A stretch of DNA of 63,857 nucleotides, the filler included, from Octopus bimaculoides (taxonomy: Eukaryota): the NCBI RefSeq assembly GCF_001194135.2. It is 6 parts of 6 records of this genome, joined end to end, with 100 filler letters (N's around TTAATTAATTAA, not from the genome) between each part and the next. Parts side by side here need not be neighbours in the genome. Positions count along the whole stretch, not along the records: positions 37,871 to 57,830 come from NC_068981.1; positions 57,931 to 60,853 come from NW_026307425.1; positions 60,954 to 63,857 come from NW_026310629.1; 3 more parts are not named here. One strand, given 5' to 3'. Below, in pieces: positions 50,575 to 62,289 of the stretch. How positions within the stretch are numbered: the first letter of the stretch is position 1; each line of letters opens with the position of its first letter. The notes beneath the pieces are model-generated. The model did not search any database. It worked only from the letters and a program-made list of their open reading frames with translations, and had not been told where the DNA came from. Made by a program: the position numbers and the translations under genes.

Positions 50575-51900
50575 ATAACATCGAGCTACAACAAGTAACC
50601 TTAGATGTCAAGAACCTTCCCAAGTATATTGTAGTTGTCCCTAATAACACTGTTTTCTGGAGCTGCACAGGTTTATGCCTATTTCCTCTATTCATCTGTT
50701 CAAACCTTTAGCCATAGTTCCTAATGCACCTATAACAACAGAGATACATTTTACCCACACTTTCCATAGCCTCTGTAATTCAATGGATGAGTCTTGATAC
50801 TTTGCTATTTTTTATACCTCTTATATTGACTTTTTCATCATTTGAGACAGTAAAGTCAATTATCTGGCACCTTTTATTATCTTTGTCTACTACTACTAAA
50901 AATCAGGCCTTCTAGCTTCTATCAATCTGTCAGTCTGAATGTTAATGTCCCACAATGTCTTACATTTCTTACTTTCTATTACTTTACTAGGTTCATATTC
51001 ATACCATTTATCAATATGGTCAAATCCTAGCTTTCTATATAACTCCCAGTGGATTAATCCCCTTGGGTTGTCATATCTTTTCTTGTACGCTTTCTGTGCC
51101 AGCATGCTACATTCACTTACTATAAGAGTATCACTTCCCTCTTTTGATTTAAATAACCTACAATGGGAATCTTCCTGATTCTTATCTATTTTGGCTTTTA
51201 TCCAATTAGTCCCCAATGCTTGATCTTGTGCTGCTACTAACAGACTTTCTGTCTCCTTTTTCAGCCTTCCTTTCTGCAACCAAAACCATGTCTCACAATT
51301 ACTATTTCCTGCAACTATCTTTGGCAATCTACCATGCTAGTCAGATAATCTTTCTTCTTTCTGGAATTTAACTTCATTTGGCTTTTTGGTTTCCCTATGT
51401 CCTACTGTTACTCTAGCAGCTCTAAATAAACTTTCTTCCCTATTACCTACATAGGAGTCTATATCTGCTCTAGCCAACCCTACACAGTCTTCTACTGATA
51501 TTAACCCTCTACCACCATTCTTTCTTGGTAAGTATAATCTTGTTAATCCTGCTCTCCGGTGAAGTCTTCTATTCATCTTGAATTTGTTCCTAGTTCTTTT
51601 TTCTAGATTTGCTAATTCAGATTTTGTCCAGTCTACAAAAGCCGATGAATAAGTAACGATACTGCCCAAGTATTCATAGCCTTCACAAGATTCGGACCAT
51701 TTAGCTTTGACTTCCTTAGCTTCATCACCCATCTGATGTACTCCATCTTAATTTTCGTTTTCATTTCTATAGTTATTACTCTGTCAGATTCTAATACTCC
51801 AAGATACTTTTAACTCTCTCCTTCTTTCAGTGATTTTAGTGTCTGGCCATTTGATAATTGGATTACTTCACCTGTCCATTTTTTATGACTAATGTTGCAC
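50575..51900 (-). mobile_element. R4/Dong-type non-LTR retrotransposon fragment
   Basis: RLYLPRKNGGRGLISVEDC; KETESLLVAAQDQALGTNW; CRLFKSKEGSDTLIVSEC; RYDN; ILWDINIQTDRLIEARRPD; QKTVLLGT. Confidence 0.9.
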
Positions 51901-52269
51901 AATTATCTATGCCAAATTTAAGAAGTATAAGAATTATAAGATTGATAAATCTAAAATGGCAGACACATGTCGCTTTAAATGAGATGTTCTCCAATTGCGA
52001 ATAACAACAGCGATCAGATATTCACATTTGAATCTGCCAGAATATATTAAGAACGCATACGTTATTATTTGGATTCTAACTGTTCCGCTTGTATCCCATG
52101 AATAAACTGTATTTTTTTCATAAAATATGTATAATTCTAGTTTTCATCATAACTTCGCATTTGGTATAATTATAACTGAAAAAAATATTTGAAAATAAAG
52201 ATATGCCGATATCCAGAATCAGCAAATTTATCTCATAGGTAGGCGAAATTTTCGTACTGAGGAGTAAAG

Positions 52270-52341
52270 AGGGCGCGGGCAAAGAACTACGCGCCCTTCT
52301 CTGCCATTGGTCAGTTGAAGCTTAGACAGTGTCACGTGACA
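52270..52341 (+). promoter_or_regulatory. CpG-rich promoter-like island: 8-bp inverted repeat, CCAAT box, palindromic E-box
   Basis: AGGGCGCG…CGCGCCCT (52270-52297), ATTGG (52306-52310), TGTCACGTGACA (52330-52341). Confidence 0.55.
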
Positions 52342-52455
52342 GTTAGCTGGTGCTAGCTGCCGGAGCCTACCGGCGAGTACTTAAAGGGTAATTTGGCAGG
52401 ATGGTCATTCGCTCGCTGACATTCGTTGACGCTGCATCGAAGAAATAAAAGAACA

Positions 52456-52522
52456 ATGGGGAAAAAAAGGAAAAAGAAAAAAACGCACTTAACACCAGAG
52501 CTGAAGACACCTCTGAAACATG
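52456..52522 (+). CDS. Candidate first exon, or 5' end of a decayed LINE ORF1
   Basis: ACA-ATG-G; MGKKRKKKKTHLTPELKTPLKH then G|GTGAGG; stops follow if unspliced. Confidence 0.3.
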
Positions 52523-52849
52523 GTGAGGGGACCACGTCGAAAATGGTGGAGGAGTAGGGGCTGGATGTGGTTCCTCCTGATGATGTATTTAGCCACTAGA
52601 TCTTATAAAGGAACTGTTGAGGTAGCGGACCACGAAACGTGGTTGGAATTCCTCCAGTTTGGGAATTCGTGATCCAGAACTAAACTGTTAGATGTAAGAT
52701 TCACTTTTTTAAGTTGCGATTTGAGTTGGGAGATTTTTTTGTGGTCTGGATACCTTACATGGAATGAAAGACGGTAGTGTTTCGTTTACATTGAATATAA
52801 ACCACTCTGCACAAATACGTAGACTTGAAAGAAATTGTGTTTTTTTTTT

Positions 52850-53190
52850 TAAATCATTTAAAAATTGAGCTGTTTAGCAACTGCCACAGACTACTATTGG
52901 TATTCACTAGTAATTATCTTGTTAAAGTAACAATGACCCTGGAGAAGTTAATTAAGACAGTTTACAATTTATATGACCGGTAACTTTTCTCCTAAGTGTT
53001 CTGCCATCTCTGTTGCATATTATTGGCTTTCTATGCATTAGAACAAGTGAGTTATTTATTACTCAAAGTAAACGCATTCTGTAGGCCAATTATATCATTA
53101 ATACACAGCGGTTTCTCAGCATCTAGCTTCTCTATAATCGTTTATTTTAACATTTACTGCTTAAAACTCATTTCAAAGTCATAATTCTAT
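52850..53190 (-). mobile_element. Decayed hAT transposase C-terminal (dimerisation) fragment
   Basis: Minus strand …INFSRVIVTLTR.LL…IPIVVCGSC*…, resembling PN…LRILLTIPVTVASCERSFS. Confidence 0.4.
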
Positions 53191-53279
53191 ATTCAAAGAT
53201 GAAAAATTTCTTTTTGGGATATTTTTCCTTTAATTTTTTTCTGCAACTATGTGTGAGTTTATTACTAAAGCGTGGCATG

Positions 53280-53330
<51 letters not shown>

Positions 53331-53388
53331 GTCTGTCTGTCTATGTACCTATCTATCTATTTATTTATCTGTATGTATGTATGCATGC

Positions 53389-53424
<36 letters not shown>

Positions 53425-53596
53425 ATGTGTGTGTGTGTGTGTGTTTTGGGTGTGTGTGTAGACATATATATATATATGTATACATATATATATACCTGAG
53501 TAAGCACATAAATGTGCAACAATGTGGAAAAAAGAGTACTCAAATACCAGATGTAGAGTAATATGCTTTACTTAAAAGCAGCAGAAATATAATAAA

Positions 53597-53640
53597 TAAC
53601 TGTTACTCGGAGTTTCACGTTCCCGTTCATCGGACAGTTA
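53597..53640 (-). ncRNA. Type-I hammerhead ribozyme motif (U4C variant, dimer-type stem III)
   Basis: TAACTGT-CCGATGA-ACG-GGAA-CGT-GAAA-CTC-C-GAG-T-A-ACAGTTA: 7-bp stem I, 3-bp stem II, GUA cleavage triplet. Confidence 0.75.
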
Positions 53641-53933
53641 AAACTGTCCGATGAACAGGAACNNNNNNNNNNNNNNNNNNNNNNNNNNNNNNNNNNNNNN
53701 NNNNNNNNNNNNNNNNNNNNNNNNNNNNNNNNNNNNNNNNNNNNNNNNNNNNNNNNNNNNNNNNNNNNNNNNNNNNNNNNNNNNNNNNNNNNNNNNNNNN
53801 NNNNNNNNNNNNNNNNNNNTATATATATATATATATATATGTTCATATATGTGTATACACACACACACACATACACAAACGTACGTACATATGTACATAT
53901 GTAAATACATGCATTCCTTATATATATTATATA

Positions 53934-54137
53934 CAGTAGTCCATCGCCATATCGCGGTTCACCTATCGCGCACTCAGTACATCGCGGATTTTTCTGGCTA
54001 ATATATGTAAATTTATATTGCGGACTCTTCAGTATATCCGTTTTCTACGACCGATAAGTATTTATATTTTTTTAGATTTTAAATATTTCTGTGGGACGTC
54101 TTGGAACGTAGTGTCCGCAATAGTCGAGGGATTACTG
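53934..54137. mobile_element. Tigger/pogo-type MITE (204 bp)
   Basis: TA|CAGTAGTCCATCGCCATATCGCGG … CCGCAATAGTCGAGGGATTACTG|TA; imperfect TIRs and TA duplication. Confidence 0.85.
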
Positions 54138-55054
54138 TATATGATTATGCATATATGGTATGTGACTATACATGTGCAAGTACGCGTGTATACGTGTGCG
54201 TGCGCGCACGCGAGTGTGTGTGTTTAATTGTATGTATGTTTGCGTATATACGTTCTATCGAATATATTTCTCAATTTTCCCGCCAGAGGATTGAGAGCCG
54301 ATCTCTTACACGTAAACAAAGCTCTTTCAATGGAATTATGAAAAAGTAAGTGAGTAGGCCTGTATGTATGTATCTATGTATGTATGTGTGTATATGTTTA
54401 TCGATATATATATATATATATCCGTCTGGGAGCGGTAAATACGAAAGACCATCATCCTATCCCAAAAGAAGTTTTCTTTTTCATATGTAATATAGGAGAT
54501 AAGCGTTATCTCACATAGGTGTGTGCGAGTGTGTGTGTATGTGAGTGGGATGGCGGGCCGTACTTGTATAACTGCTATAAGACTCATTAGATTACCGATT
54601 TCATCAATGTGATAATATCTCACGCCATACAAAGACATCCAAGCCCCTATCAAAAGAAGCCATTTGAATGGCTGGTGATTATATAGCAGGTTTGACAGCA
54701 ACTCAAAGATAGGAATATATCGTTAAGAATATATTAAAACACTGAGACAAAGACGGAATATGAGTTTTCCACTCTCCAACACATTATTGATTTCACTACG
54801 CGTATTCTCGTTCACAATCAAAGGATATATATGTTAGGAAGGAAATTGTCCCGTTCCCATCTGTTCAACGAGCGAGAGCTGCAATAAGGCAAGTCCTATT
54901 AAGTCAACTGTGGAACTGAAAGTCGTGTCAAAGATTCAAGTCAGTGAGGAGCCTATCACTTATTGAATTGTTTAATCAATACAAATACGAAAAATATTGA
55001 TTGAACAAGTCAACAAGGGAGCATCTGTGTATTCACTTATATAGCTTTTACGTT

Positions 55055-55230
55055 TTTCTTGTTTCACTCATTTGACTGTGGCTACGCTGGGGGACCACCT
55101 TGAAAGGTTTTTGTCGAATAAATCGACCCCACCAGGACTTATTTTTTTAAAGCTGACTACCTATTCTATCGGCCTCTTGTACCGTATCGCAAAGTTACAG
55201 GGACATAAACATACCAACACCGGCTGTCAA
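55055..55230 (-). mobile_element. SINE family A, 3' half
   Basis: CTTGTTTCACTCATTTGACTGTGGCTACGCTGG…TCGACCCC…ATTCTATCGG…AAGTTACAGGGAC. Confidence 0.8.
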
Positions 55231-56189
55231 GTAGAAACATAGAACAAAGGCACACACTCACACACATAAATATATTCCTATATATATTCTCATATATATA
55301 TGCATATATATATATATANNNNNNNNNNNNNNNNNNNNNNNNNNNNNNNNNNNNNNNNNNNNNNNNNNNNNNNNNNNNNNNNNNNNNNNNNNNNNNNNNN
55401 NNNNNNNNNNNNNNNNNNNNNNNNNNNNNNNNNNNNNNNNNNNNNNNNNNNNNNNNNNNNNNNNNNNNNNNNNNNNNNNNNNNNNNNNNNNNNNNNNNNN
55501 NNNNNNNNNNNNNNNNNNNNNNNNNNNNNNNNNNNNNNNNNNNNNNNNNNNNNNNNNNNNNNNNNNNNNNNNNNNNNNNNNNNNNNNNNNNNNNNNNNNN
55601 NNNNNNNNNNNNNNNNNNNNNNNNNNNNNNNNNNNNNNNNNNNNNNNNNNNNNNNNNNNNNNNNNNNNNNNNNNNNNNNNNNNNNNNNNNNNNNNNNNNN
55701 NNNNNNNNNNNNNNNNNNNNNNNNNNNNNNNNNNNNNNNNNNNNNNNNNNNNNNNNNNNNNNNNNNNNNNNNNNNNNNNNNNNNNNNNNNNNNNNNNNNN
55801 NNNNNNNNNNNNNNNNNNNNNNNNNNNNNNNNNNNNNNNNNNNNNNNNNNNNNNNNNNNNNNNNNNNNNNNNNNNNNNNNNNNNNNNNNNNNNNNNNNGT
55901 AGTGACAGGTAGAGGCGAAGAACAGTAGAGGGAAGAATGAGAGGGGGAGATAGATATAGAGATAGAGAGAGTCGCGTTAGAAAAATAGTTAAAACTTACT
56001 GTATAAAGGTAACGCGTGCGTTCTGTCGTGATACAAACAATATATGAGTATATGCATATGTATGTACATGTATGTATATACCTTCATCTACATGTACATA
56101 TAGATACATAACTGGGTACATGAAGTGACAAAAGAACATGGACAAAATGATAAACAAGGTACAACAAACAAGCAAGCCACATAGAAACA

Positions 56190-56249
56190 TCTCCTTCATC
56201 AGCTGCCACCATTAAAACACCGGCGTTTCGAAGAATTAAGGCAGTACGC
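56190..56249 (-). ncRNA. Candidate non-circularly permuted hammerhead ribozyme
   Basis: GCGT-A-CTGCC-ttaat-TCTTC-GAAA-CGC-cggtgttttaatggt-GGCAG-CTGATGA-A-GGAGA: all three stems pair and the core residues are intact. Confidence 0.65.
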
Positions 56250-56309
56250 ATCGTTGTATTTATGTATGTATGTATTTATGTATGTGTATACATACGCGTG
56301 TGTGCATGT

Positions 56310-56465
56310 GTATGTACAACGGGCTTTTTTCAGTTTCCGTGAACCAAATCTACTCACCAAGCTTTGATCGGCCTGAGACTATAATTGAAGACACTTACCC
56401 AAGGTACTACGCAGTGGGACTGAACTCGGATGTATGTAGTTGGGAAGCAAGCTTCTTATCACACA
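56310..56465 (-). mobile_element. SINE family A, 5' half
   Basis: ACGGGCTTTTTTCAGTTTCCGT…GAAGACACTTACCCAAGGTACTACGCAGTGGGACTGAACTC…GGGAAGCAAGCTT. Confidence 0.85.
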
Positions 56466-58024
56466 ACTGAAATACCGATCAAGTTTTTTTTTTAAACTTC
56501 AACCCACTGCCTTTAAACCAGAAGTTTACATTAAGTAGCATAATTCTATAAATACTTTCTCGAAAAAATTCGATGCGATGGTCATGACGAGGACGCCTTT
56601 GATCATAGAGCTGTTAGATCAACTTTGACCTGATCTAAACAGCAACAACAACAACAAAAATGACTGCAACTAACCCTGCATTCACAGCTAACAATTGAAC
56701 TAGCCAAGGCAGCAGATTTAACTTAGAATTATACTACATAAAAAGTATAAGAAATACTGGTATTATTATTTGTTAGGCATAAGAGGTTTATATATAATAA
56801 GATAAATTACGGTAAAGTTTCATGCCACTGTCTCGAAGATTAGCCACAAAACAAAAGCTAACGAAAAAATACCAACAAAAACAGTATTTTAGCAAACTAG
56901 CGTCATGAAAAAGAACATGCGGAAAGCAATGCGTATGTGTGTACATTTATGATATATATGTGTGTGCGCGCGCGTGTGTGTGCGCGCGCGTGTGTGTGCG
57001 TGCATGTGTGTGTGTGTGTGTGTGTGGATATAGGTAGAGAGATAGATAGATACTCACATGCAAGTATGTGTTCGCTTTGTATGCGTTTGTGTGTGTGCGC
57101 GTGTGTGTATGCGTGAGTGTGTATTCGTGTAAATAGGTACAAATATCTTGCGGCGTATGAATCTGTCAAGGGAGATAACTAGCCAAAGAGAAGTAACCCT
57201 CTATAGAAACGTAGCTACATTAAACCATTCTATAAATAGGCATCGATAAAAGTTAATAGTAGATTACATATTATGGTTCGACTATAATTGTCTACAATCC
57301 TTCAAAGTAGTTCTACATGTAGATGCAGACTACAATCAGCGAAGGGAAAAAAAGAATTCGAAGACGTATTAAATAGCAGTATGCCTAGTTTTCTGAAGTA
57401 TGAAACAAAGGTGGAGCTCAGAAGTTTCAAGTCTGATACGTGTAGACAGAACAATGTAGCAAATATTCTGTCAACTGATAGAAACATTATTAATTTTCAC
57501 AGTAATATATGAAAAAAAATATAACGCATCCAACAGTTATAAAATAAAATGTAGAAATAGTATTGCATTGACACAAGATATAAAGTACAAGTTTCTTACG
57601 ATTTAGCGAAGTCATACGAAACCATTTACGAAACCATTAACAATAGTTCGTCGGTTATTACAAAATGGTTGTAAAAGTTTTTGCAAAGTTTATTGGTCGG
57701 GAGCAAATCTTACACACTAGATAACACAACATAGATACAAACACTCATGTGTATGAGCATGTTGTGTGTTTATATGCATACAATCATACACAAACACACA
57801 CACACAGATATATATATATATATATATATANNNNNNNNNNNNNNNNNNNNNNNNNNNNNNNNNNNNNNNNNNNNTTAATTAATTAANNNNNNNNNNNNNN
57901 NNNNNNNNNNNNNNNNNNNNNNNNNNNNNNCGATTGTAAGCTCGATGCTCTAACCACTGAGCCATGCACCTTCACATATAGTTACTATATACACCTTCTA
58001 ATTACAATATACGTCTGAGAATTA

Positions 58025-58228
58025 AGGCAGCGAACTGGCAGAAACATTAGCACGCTGGACGAAATGCTTAGCAGTATTTCTTCTGAGTTCAAATTCCACC
58101 AAAGTTGACTTGCCTTTCATTCTTTCGGGTCAATAAATTAAGTACTAGCTGCATGCTGGGGTCAATCTAATCGACTGGCATCCTCCCTCAAAATTTCAGG
58201 CTATATTCTTTTCTAGAGTAGAAAAGAA
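58025..58228 (+). mobile_element. SINE family B
   Basis: GGCAGCGAACTGGCAGAAACATTAGCACGC…CCTTTCATTCTTTCGGGTCAATAAATTAAGTAC…AGAGTAGAAAAGAA. Confidence 0.85.
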
Positions 58229-58265
58229 TATACATTTGAGAGTTATATTCACCAGCTAGTTACTA

Positions 58266-59503
58266 TCAGGCTGAGTAAAAAGTAAACGTTTTGAAACATG
58301 AAATTCATCACAATATATTTCAATGTGGTAATTTTATTCATCAAAGTAAGTACCGTTACAATCAAAACATTTTTGCCAATCTGTTACAAGTTTCTTTATT
58401 CAGGTAACATAAAAATCTGGACTTCTGGAGCTGAAAGTGAATGCACTTTCAGCATCAGTGTGATTTCTGAACTCCTTCTCTCGCAGGAAACCATCAAGGT
58501 GCTTGAAAAAGTGGTAGTCGGTAGGAGAAAGGTCCAGGGAATAAGCTAAGTGGGGAAGAACTTTGTAGTCAAGTTCCCTCAACTTCTGGAGCATCATTAG
58601 TGAAATGTATGGTTGGGCATTGTCATGATGAATGATTGGCCCTCTTCTCTTGACCAGTCTGGGATGGAGGAGTAGCAGTTTTTCGTTCATTTTGGCAATT
58701 TCATGACAATATGTTTCTGCAGTAATGGTTTTTCTGGGTTTTAAGAAGTTATAGTGGATAAGTCCAGCAGTACACCACCAAACAGTCACCATAACCTTCT
58801 TTTTGAAGAGCTTGGGTTTAGGGGAATTTTTCGGTGCTTCATTTTGGTTCAACTACTGCGAGGAATGTTTTTAATTATTGTACAGAATCCACTTTTCATC
58901 TCAAGTTACAATGGATTGGTCTGGTTACGGAGAAGAAGCAAAGAGCAAATTTCATATTTGCGCATTTTCTGATTTTCATTCAAATTGTGTGGTACCCAGT
59001 TGTTGGGCTTTTTTGATTTTCAGATCGCATGCAAATGGTTGCAGGCAGTTTTCTGGCTAACTTGAAGTTCTTTTGCCAGTTCTCAAGTGGTTTTACATGG
59101 ATCTTTCTCAATGACGTTCTTTCATGGGCATCCACTATGCTCACAATCTTCAAGACTCAGGTCTCCATTGTGAAATCGTTTAAACTATTTTCATGCTGAC
59201 CACTCACTGGTCATTTCCTCATCAAAAGTTTCGTTGATATCGTGAGCAGTTTCAGCTGCTTTATGTCCGTTTTTGATTTTGAATAGCAAAATTGTTCAAA
59301 TATCGCGCTTTGAAAGTTCCATTTCAGATGATTGTAACAATGGTGAAAAAATATCAATGTTAATTTATTGATGTATTTGGGCAAGTCTATGTCTGTATTA
59401 TTAGACAATTGCAAACAAATGTTAAAAAAAATTCAAAACTCTGCAAAAATCCAATACAAATTCTTCATAGTTCAAAATGTTGCTTACTTTTTACTCAACC
59501 TGA
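58266..59503 (-). mobile_element. Full-length (1238 bp) non-functional mariner, D,D34D
   Basis: TIRs TCAGGYTGAGTAAAAAGTAA (19/20 identical) with TA on both sides. Transposase MELSKRDI…IVT*DEKWILYNN…KKVMVTVWW…HHDNAQP-(34)-LSPTDYH, with stops and frameshifts. Confidence 0.95.
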
Positions 59504-59872
59504 TATATACACCTGCTAATTACTATATACACCTTCTAGTTATTATATACACTTGCTAGTTACCATATACACCAGGTACTTACTATATACACCAGCTATT
59601 TACTATATGCACCTGCTAGCTACTATATAGACCTGGTAATTACTATATATATCTTCTAGTTACTATATGTACCTACTATACACCTGTAAATTACTATATA
59701 AACCTAGGGATGATAGTTGTGAACATCAGGAACTTGATGATCAGCATTTAAGAACAATATCTAGAAGGTACATATGGGAAGTGACAGTTGTATATGATAA
59801 CTAGCAGGTGTATATATTAACTTACATGTATATATATTAACTACATGTATATATATTAACTACATGTATATA

Positions 59873-60368
59873 TTAAGTTGTTCACAAAATACTGTCCGAT
59901 TTTTTGAAAACATTTTTTCAAATTCGATTGAAGATGTTGCCTTTGTAGTATTTTAGACAAAATTTTACATGCTTAATAATTCTTTGTGGATTTCTTTCAG
60001 AATATCATTTTGAAGAGTAGAAATCCCTAATTTCAAACATGAAAAAAGAAGAAATGTGTATACTTTTTGCATGAATTCCAGCTTGGACACAATGCTTCCC
60101 AAACAGCCACCAATATCAACAGAGCATAGGATGAAGGATATACGAGTGAGTGAACAGTAAAATGGTGGTTTGGGTGATTCAGTAATGTGGATAGGAGCCT
60201 TCAAGATCAAGGAGGAGAGGATATACATGCACTCTTGATGAACAGCTTTTGAATATTCCAACAAAACCCATGACAAAGTGTCAGAGAAATGTCTCATATA
60301 CTTGGTGTCAGTGTTTCAAGAATATAGGATTATTTTTTAAATCGGCCATTATTTTCCAAGCAACCTAA
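59873..60368 (+). mobile_element. Internally deleted mariner (496 bp), different family
   Basis: TA|TTAAGTTG…AAAATACTGTCCGATTT versus the right-end reverse complement TTAGGTTG…AAAATAATGGCCGATTT; N-terminal transposase …LHEFQLGHNASQTATNINRA…TVKWWF. Confidence 0.8.
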
Positions 60369-60953
60369 TAGTAACTTGCTGGGTTTATAGTAACTAGCAG
60401 GTGTATATGGTAACTAGCTGATACATATAGTAACTAATGGGTGCATATGGTAACTAGCAAGGACATATTGTAACTAGCAGGTGTATATAGTTACTGACAG
60501 GCGTATATTGTAACTAAGTGTGTAAAGTAACTAGCAGGTGTGTATGGTAACTATCTTGTGCATATAGTAACTACCAGGAGTATATGGTAACTAGCAGGTG
60601 CATATAGTAATGAGGTGTACATAGTAATTAGCAGGTGTATAGAGTATACAGTAGGTGTATATAGTAACTAATAGGTGCATATAATTACTAGCAGGTTTAT
60701 ATGGTAAACAGTAGGTGTATATAGTAACTATCAGGTACATTTGATAATTAGCAGGTGTATAGCAGGTACATTGGATAATTAGCAGGTGTATATAGTAACT
60801 AGCAGGTGTATATATGGTACCTAGCTAGTGTATATTGTATTTAGATGTATATANNNNNNNNNNNNNNNNNNNNNNNNNNNNNNNNNNNNNNNNNNNNTTA
60901 ATTAATTAANNNNNNNNNNNNNNNNNNNNNNNNNNNNNNNNNNNNNNNNNNNN

Positions 60954-61097
<144 letters not shown>

Positions 61098-61233
61098 GTC
61101 TATGATAATCGAACGTACACAAAAACAAATAGAAAAGCGCTTAAAGCAAACTAGAAACAAATCATTGATATTGGAAATGCGGTATTGAAGAATTTTTGGA
61201 AAAAACGTGGTGTGTGTTTGTGCGTATATATGC

Positions 61234-61273
<40 letters not shown>

Positions 61274-61379
61274 ATATATATACATACTTTTATATATACG
61301 TACACATGCATACATGATGGGTACGGAGGGGTAAGTGTTTGTACATAAATGTGTTCGTGTTTGTGTGTGTGTATATATA

Positions 61380-61412
<33 letters not shown>

Positions 61413-61449
61413 TCGTCTGTGTACATGGGCGTGTATATATATCTATATC

Positions 61450-61503
<54 letters not shown>

Positions 61504-61518
61504 CACATGTATATATAA

Positions 61519-61566
<48 letters not shown>

Positions 61567-61966
61567 ATGTGTATGTGTAGAAGTTTATGTAAGTATATAT
61601 ATATATATGCCTATACACTTATATAAACTTATACACACCTATGTAAGTGTATATTTAGATATATTTATATGTATATACATGCATACATATATGTATATAC
61701 ATGTGTATATATATATGCATATATATGTTTGCATATATAGCTATATGCAAATGTGTGAGCATATATATGTATATATATGTACATGCATATATGTATATAT
61801 ATATGCATGTATATATATATATGTATGTGCATGTATATGTATATATATACATATACATGCACATACATATATATACATATATGCATTTATATATATACAT
61901 ATGTATGTGTTTGTATATTTCTGTTTTGCGGGTGTGTACGTGTGTCTGTGTTCCATCTCTACTTAC

Positions 61967-62289
61967 CTCTCGCTCGGACTGGCCTTTATCCGTCCCGTAT
62001 TGTGTAAAAGAACCAGACGTGCTAGAAGCTCATCCCGTTGTTCTCCAACTTTGGTAAGATCCACCTTGAGATTTTGAATACGCTGCGCTTGCGAGCGTAT
62101 TATACGGTCCTTGTCTCGCAGCAGGAGCACCAGCCGGTCCACGTTCGCGTACTCGTCGTTGCTACTGCTAGCCGCGCTCAGGGACGATCCATTAGGCGTT
62201 GTGGTGCTGGTGTTCGTGGTCGTATCCTCAGGACTTGGTAAGGTAACGCTCACTAATATCTCCTCGTCTCCATAAACCACATCTCCCAT
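61967..62289 (-). CDS. First coding exon of an unidentified coiled-coil protein gene
   Basis: ATG 62289; 107 codons plus 2 nt ending AG|GTAAGT. GC-rich relative to flanks. [25 protein letters not shown]…[42 protein letters not shown] with a heptad pattern. Confidence 0.8.

Larger units (their letters stand above)
57977..60850. repeat. ~20-bp minisatellite (TACTATATACACCTGCTAGT) in two inverted arms, interrupted by a SINE and two mariners
   Basis: Forward units at about 57977-58005, 58240-58265 and 59504-59700; reverse units at about 59795-59872 and 60369-60850. Confidence 0.8.

Noticed and set aside
52500-52525. CTGAAGA…GAAAC hammerhead-like string
   Set aside because: Stem II cannot pair (C…T) and the would-be cleavage residue is G.
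57288-57512. 74-aa ORF as exon 2 of the 52456 candidate
   Set aside because: The only phase-compatible acceptor lacks a pyrimidine tract.
59504-60850. CRISPR-like regular repeats
   Set aside because: Units are contiguous with no unique spacers, in a eukaryotic context; it is a minisatellite.
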